Assembly: GCA_044229975.1 (NCBI GenBank)
Contig: JBGARZ010000004.1
Coordinates: forward strand, 352,001 to 416,000
Direction: 5' to 3'
DNA length: 64,000 nucleotides
Origin: Polyangiales bacterium
GTDB taxonomy: Bacteria; Myxococcota_A; Polyangia; Polyangiales; Ga0077539
Shown here piece after piece: positions 37,633-46,443 of this stretch (within the stretch, counting starts at the first letter, position 1; the number at the start of each line of letters is the position of its first letter). The notes under the pieces are model-generated. The model did not search any database and was not told the DNA's origin. It was given only the letters and a program-made list of their open reading frames with translations. A program made the position numbers and the translations under genes.

Positions 37633-37737
37633 TGCCGTGGCGTCGGCGGGTCGTCCATCACGGCGGCGGGCGCGGCATGTCACCGCGTGCGTTTCCTTTG
37701 CGCGCGGCGCGCGTTCGGTGTTTGTCTCGACGCGCCG

Positions 37738-38217
37738 ATGCCACGACGTCACACGCGACCGCCGCAGCCCGGGAGGCGCCACGGGACGCCCTCCCCAGAG
37801 GCGATCGAGCCGATGCTGGCGCCGTGGGTGCCCGACCCGCAGGACCGTGCCTTCGTGGCCCGCTGCCTCGGCGACGAGGGCCCGCCGCACCACCGCGGAT
37901 CGACCCTCGCGCTGCTGATGCTCCTGCAACGCGCCCTCGACCGCGTCCCGCCGGTCTCCACGGCCGCCCCAGCCGAGCCGATGGCGTCGCTCCCGCTCCG
38001 CGTCCCGCCGCACGTCCGCGAAGCCCTCGACCCCGACGAGCGCGAGTACCCGCTCGCGATGCCGACGGCGGCGCTGCGGCGCGCGTTCCCCGACGACAAC
38101 GACCTCGCCTTCGTGGCCGAGAGCCTCGCCGACGGGCCGCCCCACCACGCGCTCGCCAACGCGCTGATGGTGGCGATGCTCGACGAGCTGCTGCGCCGCC
38201 TCGGGGACGCGCCGTGA
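37738..38217 (+). CDS. Hypothetical protein with two internal GPPHH repeats
   Basis: DRAFVARCLGDEGPPHH and DLAFVAESLADGPPHH; GTGA coupling to the next gene. Confidence 0.7.
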   Translation: MPRRHTRPPQPGRRHGTPSPEAIEPMLAPWVPDPQDRAFVARCLGDEGPPHHRGSTLALLMLLQRALDRVPPVSTAAPAEPMASLPLRVPPHVREALDPDEREYPLAMPTAALRRAFPDDNDLAFVAESLADGPPHHALANALMVAMLDELLRRLGDAP

Positions 38218-38852
38218 CCCCGCTGCCCCCGTCCCTCGGCCGCACCTTCGTGCTGGCCGCGGGCGAGCTCGGGTTCTTCTCCGCGTCGAAGATCTTCGTC
38301 CGCGAGACCGCCGAGGCCTACGGCCACGAAGGGGTGATGGCGCTCCGCGAGCAGCACGGCCGGGAGTACTCGGTGCTCGACGCGGTGGCGTCCTGTTACC
38401 TCGACACGGGCGCGACCCCGGAGCCCGACCCGGGCGCCGCGGCCGACGCCCTGCGCTCCGCCTCCCGCGTGCTCGTCGTCGGCCTGGAGGCCGACGCGCT
38501 CGACCGCCTCGCGCCGCTCCTCCCGCCGGTGCCGACGGGGCTCCTGCTCCAGCGCTCGATCGGCCCGGTGGACTGGGACCGCGTGCTCGCCAACTACGCC
38601 GGCCGCTTCGTCGGCGTCCCCTTCGACGACCTCCAGCGCTGGGCGGGCGCGCGCGCGGCGCTGCTGACCTTCGTCTACGGCACCGCCGGGTCCCTCGCCC
38701 ACGTCTCGTCCGAGTGGCTCCGGGTGCTCGGCCCGGACGTGCGCCCGCAGTTCCGCTCGCTCCTCGGATGGAACCTCCTTCCGACCGGCCCCGACGTGTA
38801 CCCGCGCTGGCTCGCGGACGTGAGCGTCGACACCTTCTCGGCGCTGGTGTAG
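38214..38852 (+). CDS. Hypothetical cytoplasmic alpha/beta protein
   Basis: Coupled on both sides; host-like codon usage; RVLVVGLEAD strand-helix motif. Confidence 0.7.
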   Translation: MTPLPPSLGRTFVLAAGELGFFSASKIFVRETAEAYGHEGVMALREQHGREYSVLDAVASCYLDTGATPEPDPGAAADALRSASRVLVVGLEADALDRLAPLLPPVPTGLLLQRSIGPVDWDRVLANYAGRFVGVPFDDLQRWAGARAALLTFVYGTAGSLAHVSSEWLRVLGPDVRPQFRSLLGWNLLPTGPDVYPRWLADVSVDTFSALV

Positions 38853-38855
38853 CCG

Positions 38856-40184
38856 ATGGCGCTCCGGCAGATCGTGCCGCCCGCCCTGCTGCTCGCCACC
38901 CTGGTCGCGCAGGCGCTGCTGCCCGATCTCCGGCTGCTGCTGGTGATGACGGGCGCGGCCCTGTGCTGCCTCGCCTGCTCGCTCACCGGCATCGCCACCA
39001 CCGAGGCGCTGCTCACCGAGGTCCCGTGGGGCGTGCTGGTCATCCTCGTGGGCCTCGGGCTGCTCGCCGAGCTCCTCGCGGCGGGCCAGGTGTTCGGCCC
39101 GCTCGCGGCGCGGGCGGCGCGGGCGAGCGGCGGGCACCCGCAGCGGCTGCGGCTCGCGTTCGCGGTCGGGATGTACGCGGTCTCCGGGCTGGTCAACAAC
39201 CTCACCGCGCTCGTGCTGGTGCTCCCGGTGCTGCTGGTGCTCCTGCGCGCTGGCGACGCGCGGCCCCGCACCGTGCAATGGACCGTCGGGACGCTCCTCG
39301 TCGCCTGCAACCTCGGCGGCGCAGCGACCCCCATCGGGGACTTCCCGGCCATCCTGCTGCTCTCGCGCGGGAGCATGCGCTTCGGCGACTACCTCGCGCG
39401 CGCCCTGCCCGCCACGGCCGTCGCGCTCGGGCTGCTCCTGGCCGCGGTCACGCTCCTCGCGCGGCCCGAGCGCAACGTGGCCGACGACCCGCTCGCGCGC
39501 CGCCTCTCGCTCGCCGTGACCGCCGCGCTGCACCGTCGCGTGAGGCCCTCGGTCGCGCTGGTGCGCCCCGCGCTCGCGGCCCTCGGCGCGATGCTCGCCG
39601 CGTGGACCTTCCTGCCCGAGCGCCTGCACGTCGGCCCGGCGCTCGTGTGCTGGGTCGGGGTGTGCGGCGCGCTGCTGGCCCGCGGCCGACAGGGCGAGCG
39701 CCTCGCGCGCACGAAGGTCGACGTCGAGGCCGTGCTCTTCCTGCTGGCGCTCTTCGTGATGGTGGCGGCGGTGCGCCGCGCGGGGGTCTTCGAGGCGCTC
39801 GGCGAGTGGCTGCTGCACCTCCCGCTGGCGCCGAGGGGCCGGCTGGTGGTGTTCCTCCTGCTCGCGGGCGTGCTCACGGGGCTGTTCTCCGCCGGGCCCG
39901 GCATGGCGGCGCTGCTCAACGTGGGCGAGGCGCTCACCCGCGAGCTCCCCGGCCCCGCGGTGTACGTCGGCCTGGCCCTCGCGGTGTGCGCCGGGAGCTC
40001 GCTCTTCCTCACCGCGGCGACGTCGGGGCCGCTCGCCCAGGCGCTCGTCGAGCGCGCCGACCTGCGCGACCAGGAGGGGCGCCCGGTGCGCTTCGGGTTC
40101 GTGTCGTTCCTGCCGGTGGGGCTGCTGTCCTTCGCCCTCATCGAGGGCGTGGCGATCGCCTACGGGATGCTCGCGACGCGATGA
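38856..40184 (+). CDS. Ion-transporter (IT) superfamily permease (ArsB/NhaD/SLC13-like)
   Basis: SGLVNNLT, CNLGGAATPIGDFP; multiple transmembrane segments. Confidence 0.85.
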   Translation: MALRQIVPPALLLATLVAQALLPDLRLLLVMTGAALCCLACSLTGIATTEALLTEVPWGVLVILVGLGLLAELLAAGQVFGPLAARAARASGGHPQRLRLAFAVGMYAVSGLVNNLTALVLVLPVLLVLLRAGDARPRTVQWTVGTLLVACNLGGAATPIGDFPAILLLSRGSMRFGDYLARALPATAVALGLLLAAVTLLARPERNVADDPLARRLSLAVTAALHRRVRPSVALVRPALAALGAMLAAWTFLPERLHVGPALVCWVGVCGALLARGRQGERLARTKVDVEAVLFLLALFVMVAAVRRAGVFEALGEWLLHLPLAPRGRLVVFLLLAGVLTGLFSAGPGMAALLNVGEALTRELPGPAVYVGLALAVCAGSSLFLTAATSGPLAQALVERADLRDQEGRPVRFGFVSFLPVGLLSFALIEGVAIAYGMLATR

Positions 40185-41155
40185 ACCCCTGGGTCGCTCT
40201 CACCGGCGGGGCCCTCCTGCTCTACTTCGGCGCCGAGTGGTTCGTCGGCGGCGCGTCGGCGCTGGCGCTGGCCTTCCGGGTGCCGCAGATCCTCGTCGGG
40301 CTCACGGTGGTCGCCTACGGCACCTCGGCGCCGGAGATCATCGTCGGGGTCCACGCCGCGCACGCGGGACACGGCGGCGTCGCGCTCGGCAACGTGGTCG
40401 GCTCCAACATCGCCAACGTCGGGCTCATCCTGGGCGCGGCCCTCCTCGTGCGCGCCGCCCGCGTCGACGGCGCCCTGCGCTCGCGCGAGCTGCCCGTGCT
40501 GATGGTCAGCACCGCGCTCGTCCCGCTGGCGCTGCTCGACGGGGTGGTGAGCCGCGTGGAGGGCGCCGCGATGCTCGCGCTGGCGGTGCTCTACACGGGC
40601 TGGATGGTCCGATCGTCGCGCTCCGCGTCGGCGGTCGCCGCGGCGGAGGCGGGCGCCGTGGCCGCCGAGGAGGCGTCCGACGCCGCGGGCGCGCCGAGCC
40701 CGGAGGGTCCGCGGAAGGCCGCGCTCACGGCCGCGGCAGGGCTCGGCGTGCTGCTCATCGGCGGCAACCTCTTCGTCGACGCGGCGGTGCTCGTGGCCCG
40801 CTCCCTCGGCATGAGCGAGCGCCTCGTGGGCCTCACCATCGTCGCCGTCGGAACCTCCCTCCCCGAGCTCGTCACCAGCGTCATCGCGGCGCGCCGCGGT
40901 CACTCCGACATCGCCATCGGCAACGTCGTCGGCTCCAACATCTTCAACGTCCTGCTCTGCCTGGGCGCCGCGTCCGCGGTGGCTCCCGTGCGGGCTTCGT
41001 TGGGCTCCATCGCCGTCGACCTCGTCGCGCTCGGCGGCATGACGGCGCTGATGGCGTGGTTCCTTCGGAGGGAGCAGACGCTGTCGAAGGCGGAGGGCGC
41101 CGTGGCGCTCGTCGGCTACGCGGCGTTCACGGTCATCGCGATCGCCCGGGGGTGA
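40181..41155 (+). CDS. Ca2+/Na+ (cation:Ca2+, CaCA/YrbG) antiporter
   Basis: Alpha-1 GLTVVAYGTSAPE...GNVVGSN and alpha-2 GTSLPE...GNVVGSNIFN repeats. Confidence 0.93.
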   Translation: MNPWVALTGGALLLYFGAEWFVGGASALALAFRVPQILVGLTVVAYGTSAPEIIVGVHAAHAGHGGVALGNVVGSNIANVGLILGAALLVRAARVDGALRSRELPVLMVSTALVPLALLDGVVSRVEGAAMLALAVLYTGWMVRSSRSASAVAAAEAGAVAAEEASDAAGAPSPEGPRKAALTAAAGLGVLLIGGNLFVDAAVLVARSLGMSERLVGLTIVAVGTSLPELVTSVIAARRGHSDIAIGNVVGSNIFNVLLCLGAASAVAPVRASLGSIAVDLVALGGMTALMAWFLRREQTLSKAEGAVALVGYAAFTVIAIARG

Positions 41156-41249
41156 CGCGGGGGCGCCGACGCCCCGGGGCGTCGCGGGCCGATCCGTGAG
41201 CCCACCACCGATCGTGTGTGGTAGTGGCGTCATCACTTCCAACTCCCAC

Positions 41250-41295
41250 GGGTGCGGCCTCGGCCGCAGGACAACGGATGGTCGGGCCGCCATCT
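41250..41295 (+). promoter_or_regulatory. nhaA-I RNA motif (Li+-I riboswitch) upstream of nhaA
   Basis: GGGTG-CGGCCTCGGCCG-CAGG-ACAAC-GGATGGTCGGGCCGCCATC; the first hairpin differs from the other copies but still pairs. Confidence 0.8.
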
Positions 41296-41325
41296 CTACC
41301 GGCAACGTGACCGGCGAGAGCGACC

Positions 41326-42735
41326 GTGCCCGATCCCCACGACCCGACGTCATCGACTCCCCCGGAGGCCTGGGCTCCCCTCGTCCGGCTGCGGCGCTTC
41401 GCCCGCCGCCCGGTCGCGCGCTTCCTCCAGGTGGAGGCGGCCAGCGGCGTCCTCCTGCTGGTCGCCGCCACCGTCGCGCTCGTGTGGGCGAACTCCCCCT
41501 GGGCCGCGAGCTACGCGCGGTTCTGGCACGCCCCGGTCGGCATCCGTCTGGGACATCGGGCCTTCGAGCGACCCATCGAGTGGTTCGTCAACGACGCCCT
41601 CATGGCGGTCTTCTTCTTCGTGGTCGGGTTGGAGATCCGCCGCGAGATCGATCACGGCGAGATCTCCGCGTGGCGGCGCGCGGCGCTCCCGGCCGCCGCG
41701 GCCCTCGGCGGCATGGTGGCGCCGGCCCTCATCTACCTCGCGCTCGCCGGCGCCCCGTCCGCCCGCGCGGGCTGGGGCGTCCCGATGGCAACGGACATCG
41801 CCTTCGCCGTCGGCGCGCTGGCCCTGCTGGGGCGGCGGGTGCCCCCCGCGCTGCGCGTGCTCCTGCTGGCGCTCGCGGTGCTCGACGACCTCGGGGCGAT
41901 CGTGGTCATCGCGCTCGCCTACTCGTCGGGCGTCTCGGCCGCGGGCCTGCTCGTCGCGGCGCTCGGGCTCGGCGGCATCCTGGCGCTGCGGCTCTTCGGG
42001 GTGCGCGCGAAGGCGCTCTACGTGGCCCCGGCGCTCGTCGTCTGGGCTGGCACCTACGCGGCGGGCGTTCACCCCACGATCGCGGGCGTGGTCGTGGGCC
42101 TCGTGACGCCGGTGCGGGCGTGGCTCGGGACGAGCGGCTTCGTCCGGGGCGTGCGCGTCGAGCTGACCCGCCTGTCCGCGGCGGACGACGGCGAACTCTC
42201 CACCCACGACGTCGCCCTGACGCTGCGCCGGGTCGACGTCATCCGCCGCGAGGCGGTGTCCCCCGCGGAGGGCCTGATCGAGCGCCTGCACCCGTGGGTG
42301 GCGTTCGTGATCATGCCGCTCTTCGCGCTCGCCAACGCCGGCGTGGCCATCCGCGGCCCGTCCCTCGACCGCGCGTCGACCACCATCGCCGCCGGGGTCG
42401 CGATCGGGCTGCTCGTCGGCAAGCCCGCCGGGGTGCTCGCAGCCAGCGCGCTCGCGCTGCGCCTGCGCGTCGCCGCGCTCCCGCGGGGCCTGGGCGCGCG
42501 CCACCTGCTGGTCCTGGGCGTGGTCGCGGGCGTGGGCTTCACGATGTCCCTGCTGGTCGCGCAGCTCGCGTTCGCCGACCCCGTGAAGCTCAACGCCGCG
42601 AGGCTCGGCGTGCTCGCCGCGAGCGGCGTCGCGGCCCTGCTCGCGCTGGCGCTGGGCCGCGCCCTCCTGGCCGTGCGCGCGCCGGACGGAGCCGCCCGGA
42701 GCGTCGAGGAGGCGGAGGCGTCCACCGAGCTCTGA
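41326..42735 (+). CDS. nhaA: Na+/H+ antiporter NhaA
   Basis: VNDALMAVFFFVVGLEIRRE, GWGVPMATDIAF, LAVLDDLG, GVHPTIAG, GVGFTMS. Confidence 0.95.
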   Translation: MPDPHDPTSSTPPEAWAPLVRLRRFARRPVARFLQVEAASGVLLLVAATVALVWANSPWAASYARFWHAPVGIRLGHRAFERPIEWFVNDALMAVFFFVVGLEIRREIDHGEISAWRRAALPAAAALGGMVAPALIYLALAGAPSARAGWGVPMATDIAFAVGALALLGRRVPPALRVLLLALAVLDDLGAIVVIALAYSSGVSAAGLLVAALGLGGILALRLFGVRAKALYVAPALVVWAGTYAAGVHPTIAGVVVGLVTPVRAWLGTSGFVRGVRVELTRLSAADDGELSTHDVALTLRRVDVIRREAVSPAEGLIERLHPWVAFVIMPLFALANAGVAIRGPSLDRASTTIAAGVAIGLLVGKPAGVLAASALALRLRVAALPRGLGARHLLVLGVVAGVGFTMSLLVAQLAFADPVKLNAARLGVLAASGVAALLALALGRALLAVRAPDGAARSVEEAEASTEL

Positions 42736-42753
42736 CGCGCCCGCGTGGTGAGG

Positions 42754-43833
42754 TCACGTCGGCGGGGGCGGGGCGGCGGTCGCTCGCGGGACGCGCTGCA
42801 CGTACACGGTCTGGGTCGGGTAGGCGAAGCCGATGCCGCGCTCGTCGAAGCGGCGGAAGATCGTGAGGAGGATCTCCTGCTGCGCGTCCATGTGGACCGT
42901 GTAGTCCGGGTCGAGCGCGTAGTAGACGACCTCGAAGTCGAGCGACGACGCGGCGAAGGACTTGAGGTGCGCGCGGTCGAAGCGGGTGCGCGGCGTCGCC
43001 TCGACGGCCTCGCGGACCATCCCCGGGATCGCCGCGAGCTGCTCGGCGGTGGTCTGGTAGAGCACCCCGAAGGAGAGCACCACGCGGCGCTCGGCGAGAT
43101 GCTTGTAGTTGTGGAGGCGGCTGCGCAGGAGGTCGCCGTTGGAGAACACGATCTGCTCGCCCGACAACGACCGCACGCGGGTGGTCTTCAGGCCGATGTG
43201 CTCGACGGTGCCCGCGAGCGAGTCGACGACGATGAAGTCGCCCACGACGAAGGGTCGGTCGAGCGCGATGGACAGCGACGCGAGGACGTCGCCCAGGACG
43301 TTCTGCACCGCGAGGGCGACGGCCACGCCGCCGACGCCGAGGCCCGCGAGCAGCGAGCCGATGTTCACCCCGAGGTTGTCGAGGAGGAGGAGCAGCAGCA
43401 GGGCCCAGAGCACGGCGCGCGCGGCGAAGGTCGCGAAGGTGGCCGTGGTGCGCGCGGCGCCCTCCCCGTCGTCCCCGGCGACGTGGGCCGCGATCACGTG
43501 ACGGATCACGGCCTGTCCCCAGAGGCCGATCTGTAGCGCGAGGGTGACGACGAAGAGCCCGCGCAGCAGGGCGTGGATGGACGGGGGCAGCGACAGCATC
43601 GTCGCGGCGACGAAGAGCGCCGCCGCCCACAGGAACCACCGCCGCAGGCCCGTCGCCAGCTCCCCGGCGAGCGCGATGAACTTCGCGTCGCTCGTCGCCG
43701 CGAGGGAGGTCAGACGCCGGACCGCGACCCGGCGCGTCGCCGCCAGGGTGACCAGCAGGGCGATCGCGACCACGATCGCCCACGCCCAGCTCGCCACCGT
43801 GTTGCCCTCGAACTGATACTCGAACATCCGCAT
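42754..43833 (-). CDS. Small-conductance mechanosensitive channel (MscS family)
   Basis: LGVGGVAVALAVQN, DRPFVVGDFI, GTVEHIGLKTT, FAYPTQ; AGGAGG RBS. Confidence 0.93.
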   Translation of the reverse strand: MRMFEYQFEGNTVASWAWAIVVAIALLVTLAATRRVAVRRLTSLAATSDAKFIALAGELATGLRRWFLWAAALFVAATMLSLPPSIHALLRGLFVVTLALQIGLWGQAVIRHVIAAHVAGDDGEGAARTTATFATFAARAVLWALLLLLLLDNLGVNIGSLLAGLGVGGVAVALAVQNVLGDVLASLSIALDRPFVVGDFIVVDSLAGTVEHIGLKTTRVRSLSGEQIVFSNGDLLRSRLHNYKHLAERRVVLSFGVLYQTTAEQLAAIPGMVREAVEATPRTRFDRAHLKSFAASSLDFEVVYYALDPDYTVHMDAQQEILLTIFRRFDERGIGFAYPTQTVYVQRVPRATAAPPPPT

Positions 43834-43884
43834 CGGCACTCCTCCTCCTTCGACTCCCTCCGCCGGTACCCCGCCGCGCGGCGG

Positions 43885-45126
43885 CTATGCGTTGGCGGGC
43901 GGGGCCGCCGCCCAGGAGTTCGCGGCGACGACGTCGGACGACGAAGCGTCGTGGCGCCAGGTCGCCGCGAGCGCCTCGACCACGGCGCGAACCGATCGGC
44001 TCCGCGCGAAGGTCACCCGCTGCCGCTCGGACGACGTGCCCCCCTTGATCAGCCGCTCGACCAGGCCGAGCTCCCGCGCGCAGCCGAGGGTCCGCGCGGT
44101 CGGGTAGAGGGACGCGACGAGCGCCTCGGCCTCGCTTCGCAGCCGTCGGGTGTGGCCCTCGTCGTCCACCAGGAGGTCCGCGTCGAGGCCCCAGCGCGCC
44201 GCGCGCCACTTGTTCTCGCGGAGGCGCCACTGCGCCGGCCGGGGCGGCGGCTCCCGGGCGTCGATGCGCGCCGTGACATCGGCGGCGAGGCACTGCACCA
44301 ACGCGACGAGCGCCAGGGTGTCCTCCATCGACGACGGCACATCGCAGACCCGGACCTCCAGCGTGCCGAAGCGCGGGCTCGGGCGCAGGTCCCACCAGAG
44401 GTCCTTGGGGGACGTGACGGCGCGGCTCTGACGGAGCCGACGGTAGAGGCCGACGAAGTCCGACCAGTCGGCGAAGACCGGCGGCGTCCCGGCCGTGGGC
44501 TGGCTCTCGAACACCGTCGCCCGCGCCGACGAGAGGCCCGTGTCCTCGCCGTCCATGAAGGGCGAGCTGGACGACAGCGCGAGCAGCATCGCGAGGTGCG
44601 GCAGCATGCCGTTCATCACCGCGACGGCGTGGTCGCCGTCGCGCATCCCCACGTGGACGTGGAGGCCGAAGATCGCGAGGCGACGGGCGATCCACTGGTT
44701 GCGGTCGATCAGGGTCTGGTACCTGGGCGACGGGTACGCGAGGCGCTCGTGCGAGCGGGCGAAGGGGTGCGTGCCCGCGGCCACCACCTCGACGTCGCAG
44801 AGCTCGGCCGCGACGAGGACCGCCTCCCGCGCCGCGCGCAGGTCGCGCTCGACCTCGGCGAGCCCTGGGCAGATGCCCGTGCGGAGCTCGAGCATCGACT
44901 GGAAGATCTCCGGGGCGACGCGCTCCTCCATCCCCTGGATGGCCGCGAGCAGCCGGGGAGCGGCCGGGCACAGGTCCTTGGTGCGCCAGTCGATGAGCTG
45001 CACCTCGGCCTCCACGCCGAGAGTGAGCACGCCCGCGCTCTTGAATTCGAGGCGCTCGGACTCGTCGCCCGGGTCCCCGGTGGGGGTCCCGATGGATGGG
45101 TTGCTGGTGCGAAGGGGCTCATGCAT
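43885..45126 (-). CDS. ybdK: YbdK-family carboxylate-amine ligase (glutamate-cysteine ligase 2)
   Basis: TLGVEAEVQL, FGLHVHVG, LALSSSSPF, LWWDLRP, GTLEVRVCD, ENKWRAARWG. Confidence 0.9.
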   Translation of the reverse strand: MHEPLRTSNPSIGTPTGDPGDESERLEFKSAGVLTLGVEAEVQLIDWRTKDLCPAAPRLLAAIQGMEERVAPEIFQSMLELRTGICPGLAEVERDLRAAREAVLVAAELCDVEVVAAGTHPFARSHERLAYPSPRYQTLIDRNQWIARRLAIFGLHVHVGMRDGDHAVAVMNGMLPHLAMLLALSSSSPFMDGEDTGLSSARATVFESQPTAGTPPVFADWSDFVGLYRRLRQSRAVTSPKDLWWDLRPSPRFGTLEVRVCDVPSSMEDTLALVALVQCLAADVTARIDAREPPPRPAQWRLRENKWRAARWGLDADLLVDDEGHTRRLRSEAEALVASLYPTARTLGCARELGLVERLIKGGTSSERQRVTFARSRSVRAVVEALAATWRHDASSSDVVAANSWAAAPPANA

Positions 45127-45309
45127 CACGCGAATCTCCTCTCGTGGGTGGTCCAGGTCGCTTCGGTCGACCGTCGGGCAGGCCGGCGGCCGCAGACCAG
45201 ATCTACCCCCCGGGGTCTGGCGTAGAAAATTTCGAAAAGTCGTACGGATGTTTCGATGAAACCGACGAGAGGCTGGCGCGCCGTCACGCCTCGTACGATG
45301 CTCCGCCCG

Positions 45310-46275
45310 ATGCCCTCCCGAGCCATCGACGCCGACGAGCAGGCCCCCCAGGCGTGGCTCAACTACCACCACCTGTTCCACTTCTGGGTGGTGGCGCGCG
45401 AGGGTGGCATCTCCCGCGCGGCCGCGCGACTGCGCATCACCCACTCCACCCTCTCCACGCAGGTCGCCGCGCTCTCCGACGCCCTGGGCTCACCGCTGTT
45501 CGAGCGGCGCGGTCGGGGGCTGTCGCTCACCCCCTTCGGCGCCGACGTCCTCGCCCGCGCCGACGAGATCTTCCGCGCCGGCCACGAGCTGCTCGACCTC
45601 GCGCGCGGCCACGACACCCGCCGCCGCGCGCTCTTCCGCGTCGGCGTCATCGCCGCCGTGCCGCGCACCGTCGCCTGGCAGCTGCTCTCCCCGGCCATGG
45701 CCGGCGAAGAGCGCGCCACCGTCCGCGTGGTGCACGACCGGCTGGAGCCGCTCCTCGACGCCCTCGCGCTGGGGCGGCTCCACCTCGTGCTGGCCGACCG
45801 ACCGCCCCCGCAGGGCGGCGCCCTCCGACTGCACGCCCACCGCCTCGGCGAGAGCGGCGTCGCGCTCTACGGGGCGCGGCGCCTCGCGCGGAAGTGGGCG
45901 CCGCGGTTTCCTGGCCGCTTCGACGGCGCGCCGCTGCTCCTGCCGGTGGAGGGCTCCTCCCTCCGGCGCGACATCGACCGCTGGCTGGCCGAGCGCGACA
46001 TCGCGGTGCGCGTCGAGGGAGAGTTCGACGACGCCGGGCTGATGCGCACCTTCGGCCTCGGGGGCGCCGGGCTCTTCCCGGTGCGCGAGGCGCTCGCCGC
46101 CGAGGTCGAGGGCTTCGCGGGGGTCACCCGGGTCGGGCTGCTCGCGGGCGTCACCGAGGCCTACTACGCCATCACCGCCGAGCGGCGCATCCGCCACCCC
46201 TCGTCCGTCGCCGTGGTGGAGTCGGGGCCGCGGCAGTTCAAGCCGATCCGCCGTCGATCGGCCCCTGCGACGTAG
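45310..46275 (+). CDS. nhaR: LysR-family regulator, NhaR-like
   Basis: WLNYHHLFHFWVVAREG, GEFDDAGLMRTFG, YYAITAERRIRHP. Confidence 0.88.
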   Translation: MPSRAIDADEQAPQAWLNYHHLFHFWVVAREGGISRAAARLRITHSTLSTQVAALSDALGSPLFERRGRGLSLTPFGADVLARADEIFRAGHELLDLARGHDTRRRALFRVGVIAAVPRTVAWQLLSPAMAGEERATVRVVHDRLEPLLDALALGRLHLVLADRPPPQGGALRLHAHRLGESGVALYGARRLARKWAPRFPGRFDGAPLLLPVEGSSLRRDIDRWLAERDIAVRVEGEFDDAGLMRTFGLGGAGLFPVREALAAEVEGFAGVTRVGLLAGVTEAYYAITAERRIRHPSSVAVVESGPRQFKPIRRRSAPAT

Positions 46276-46443
46276 CGCCGACCCGTCGGTCGCATCGACG
46301 GGTCGCGTCGATGTTTCGCACCCCAGGGCCGTCGCCAACGGCCGCAAGCTACGCGGCGGCGTCGTCGCGATGGGAGCACCAACACACCACACCCCTCCGT
46401 GCGCCGACCGCGCCCGGAGCGCTCCCCCGCGGAGGTCGGCCCG

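Noticed and set aside
43885..45126. Two glutamate-cysteine ligase-like genes as a novel pathway
   Set aside because: They are different, commonly co-occurring subfamilies (GshA-type and YbdK) about 26 kb apart with no shared context.
45222..45257. AT-rich tract between ybdK and nhaR as an NhaR binding site
   Set aside because: Plausible by position (GATGTTTCG also occurs near 46310), but too short and degenerate to support a call.
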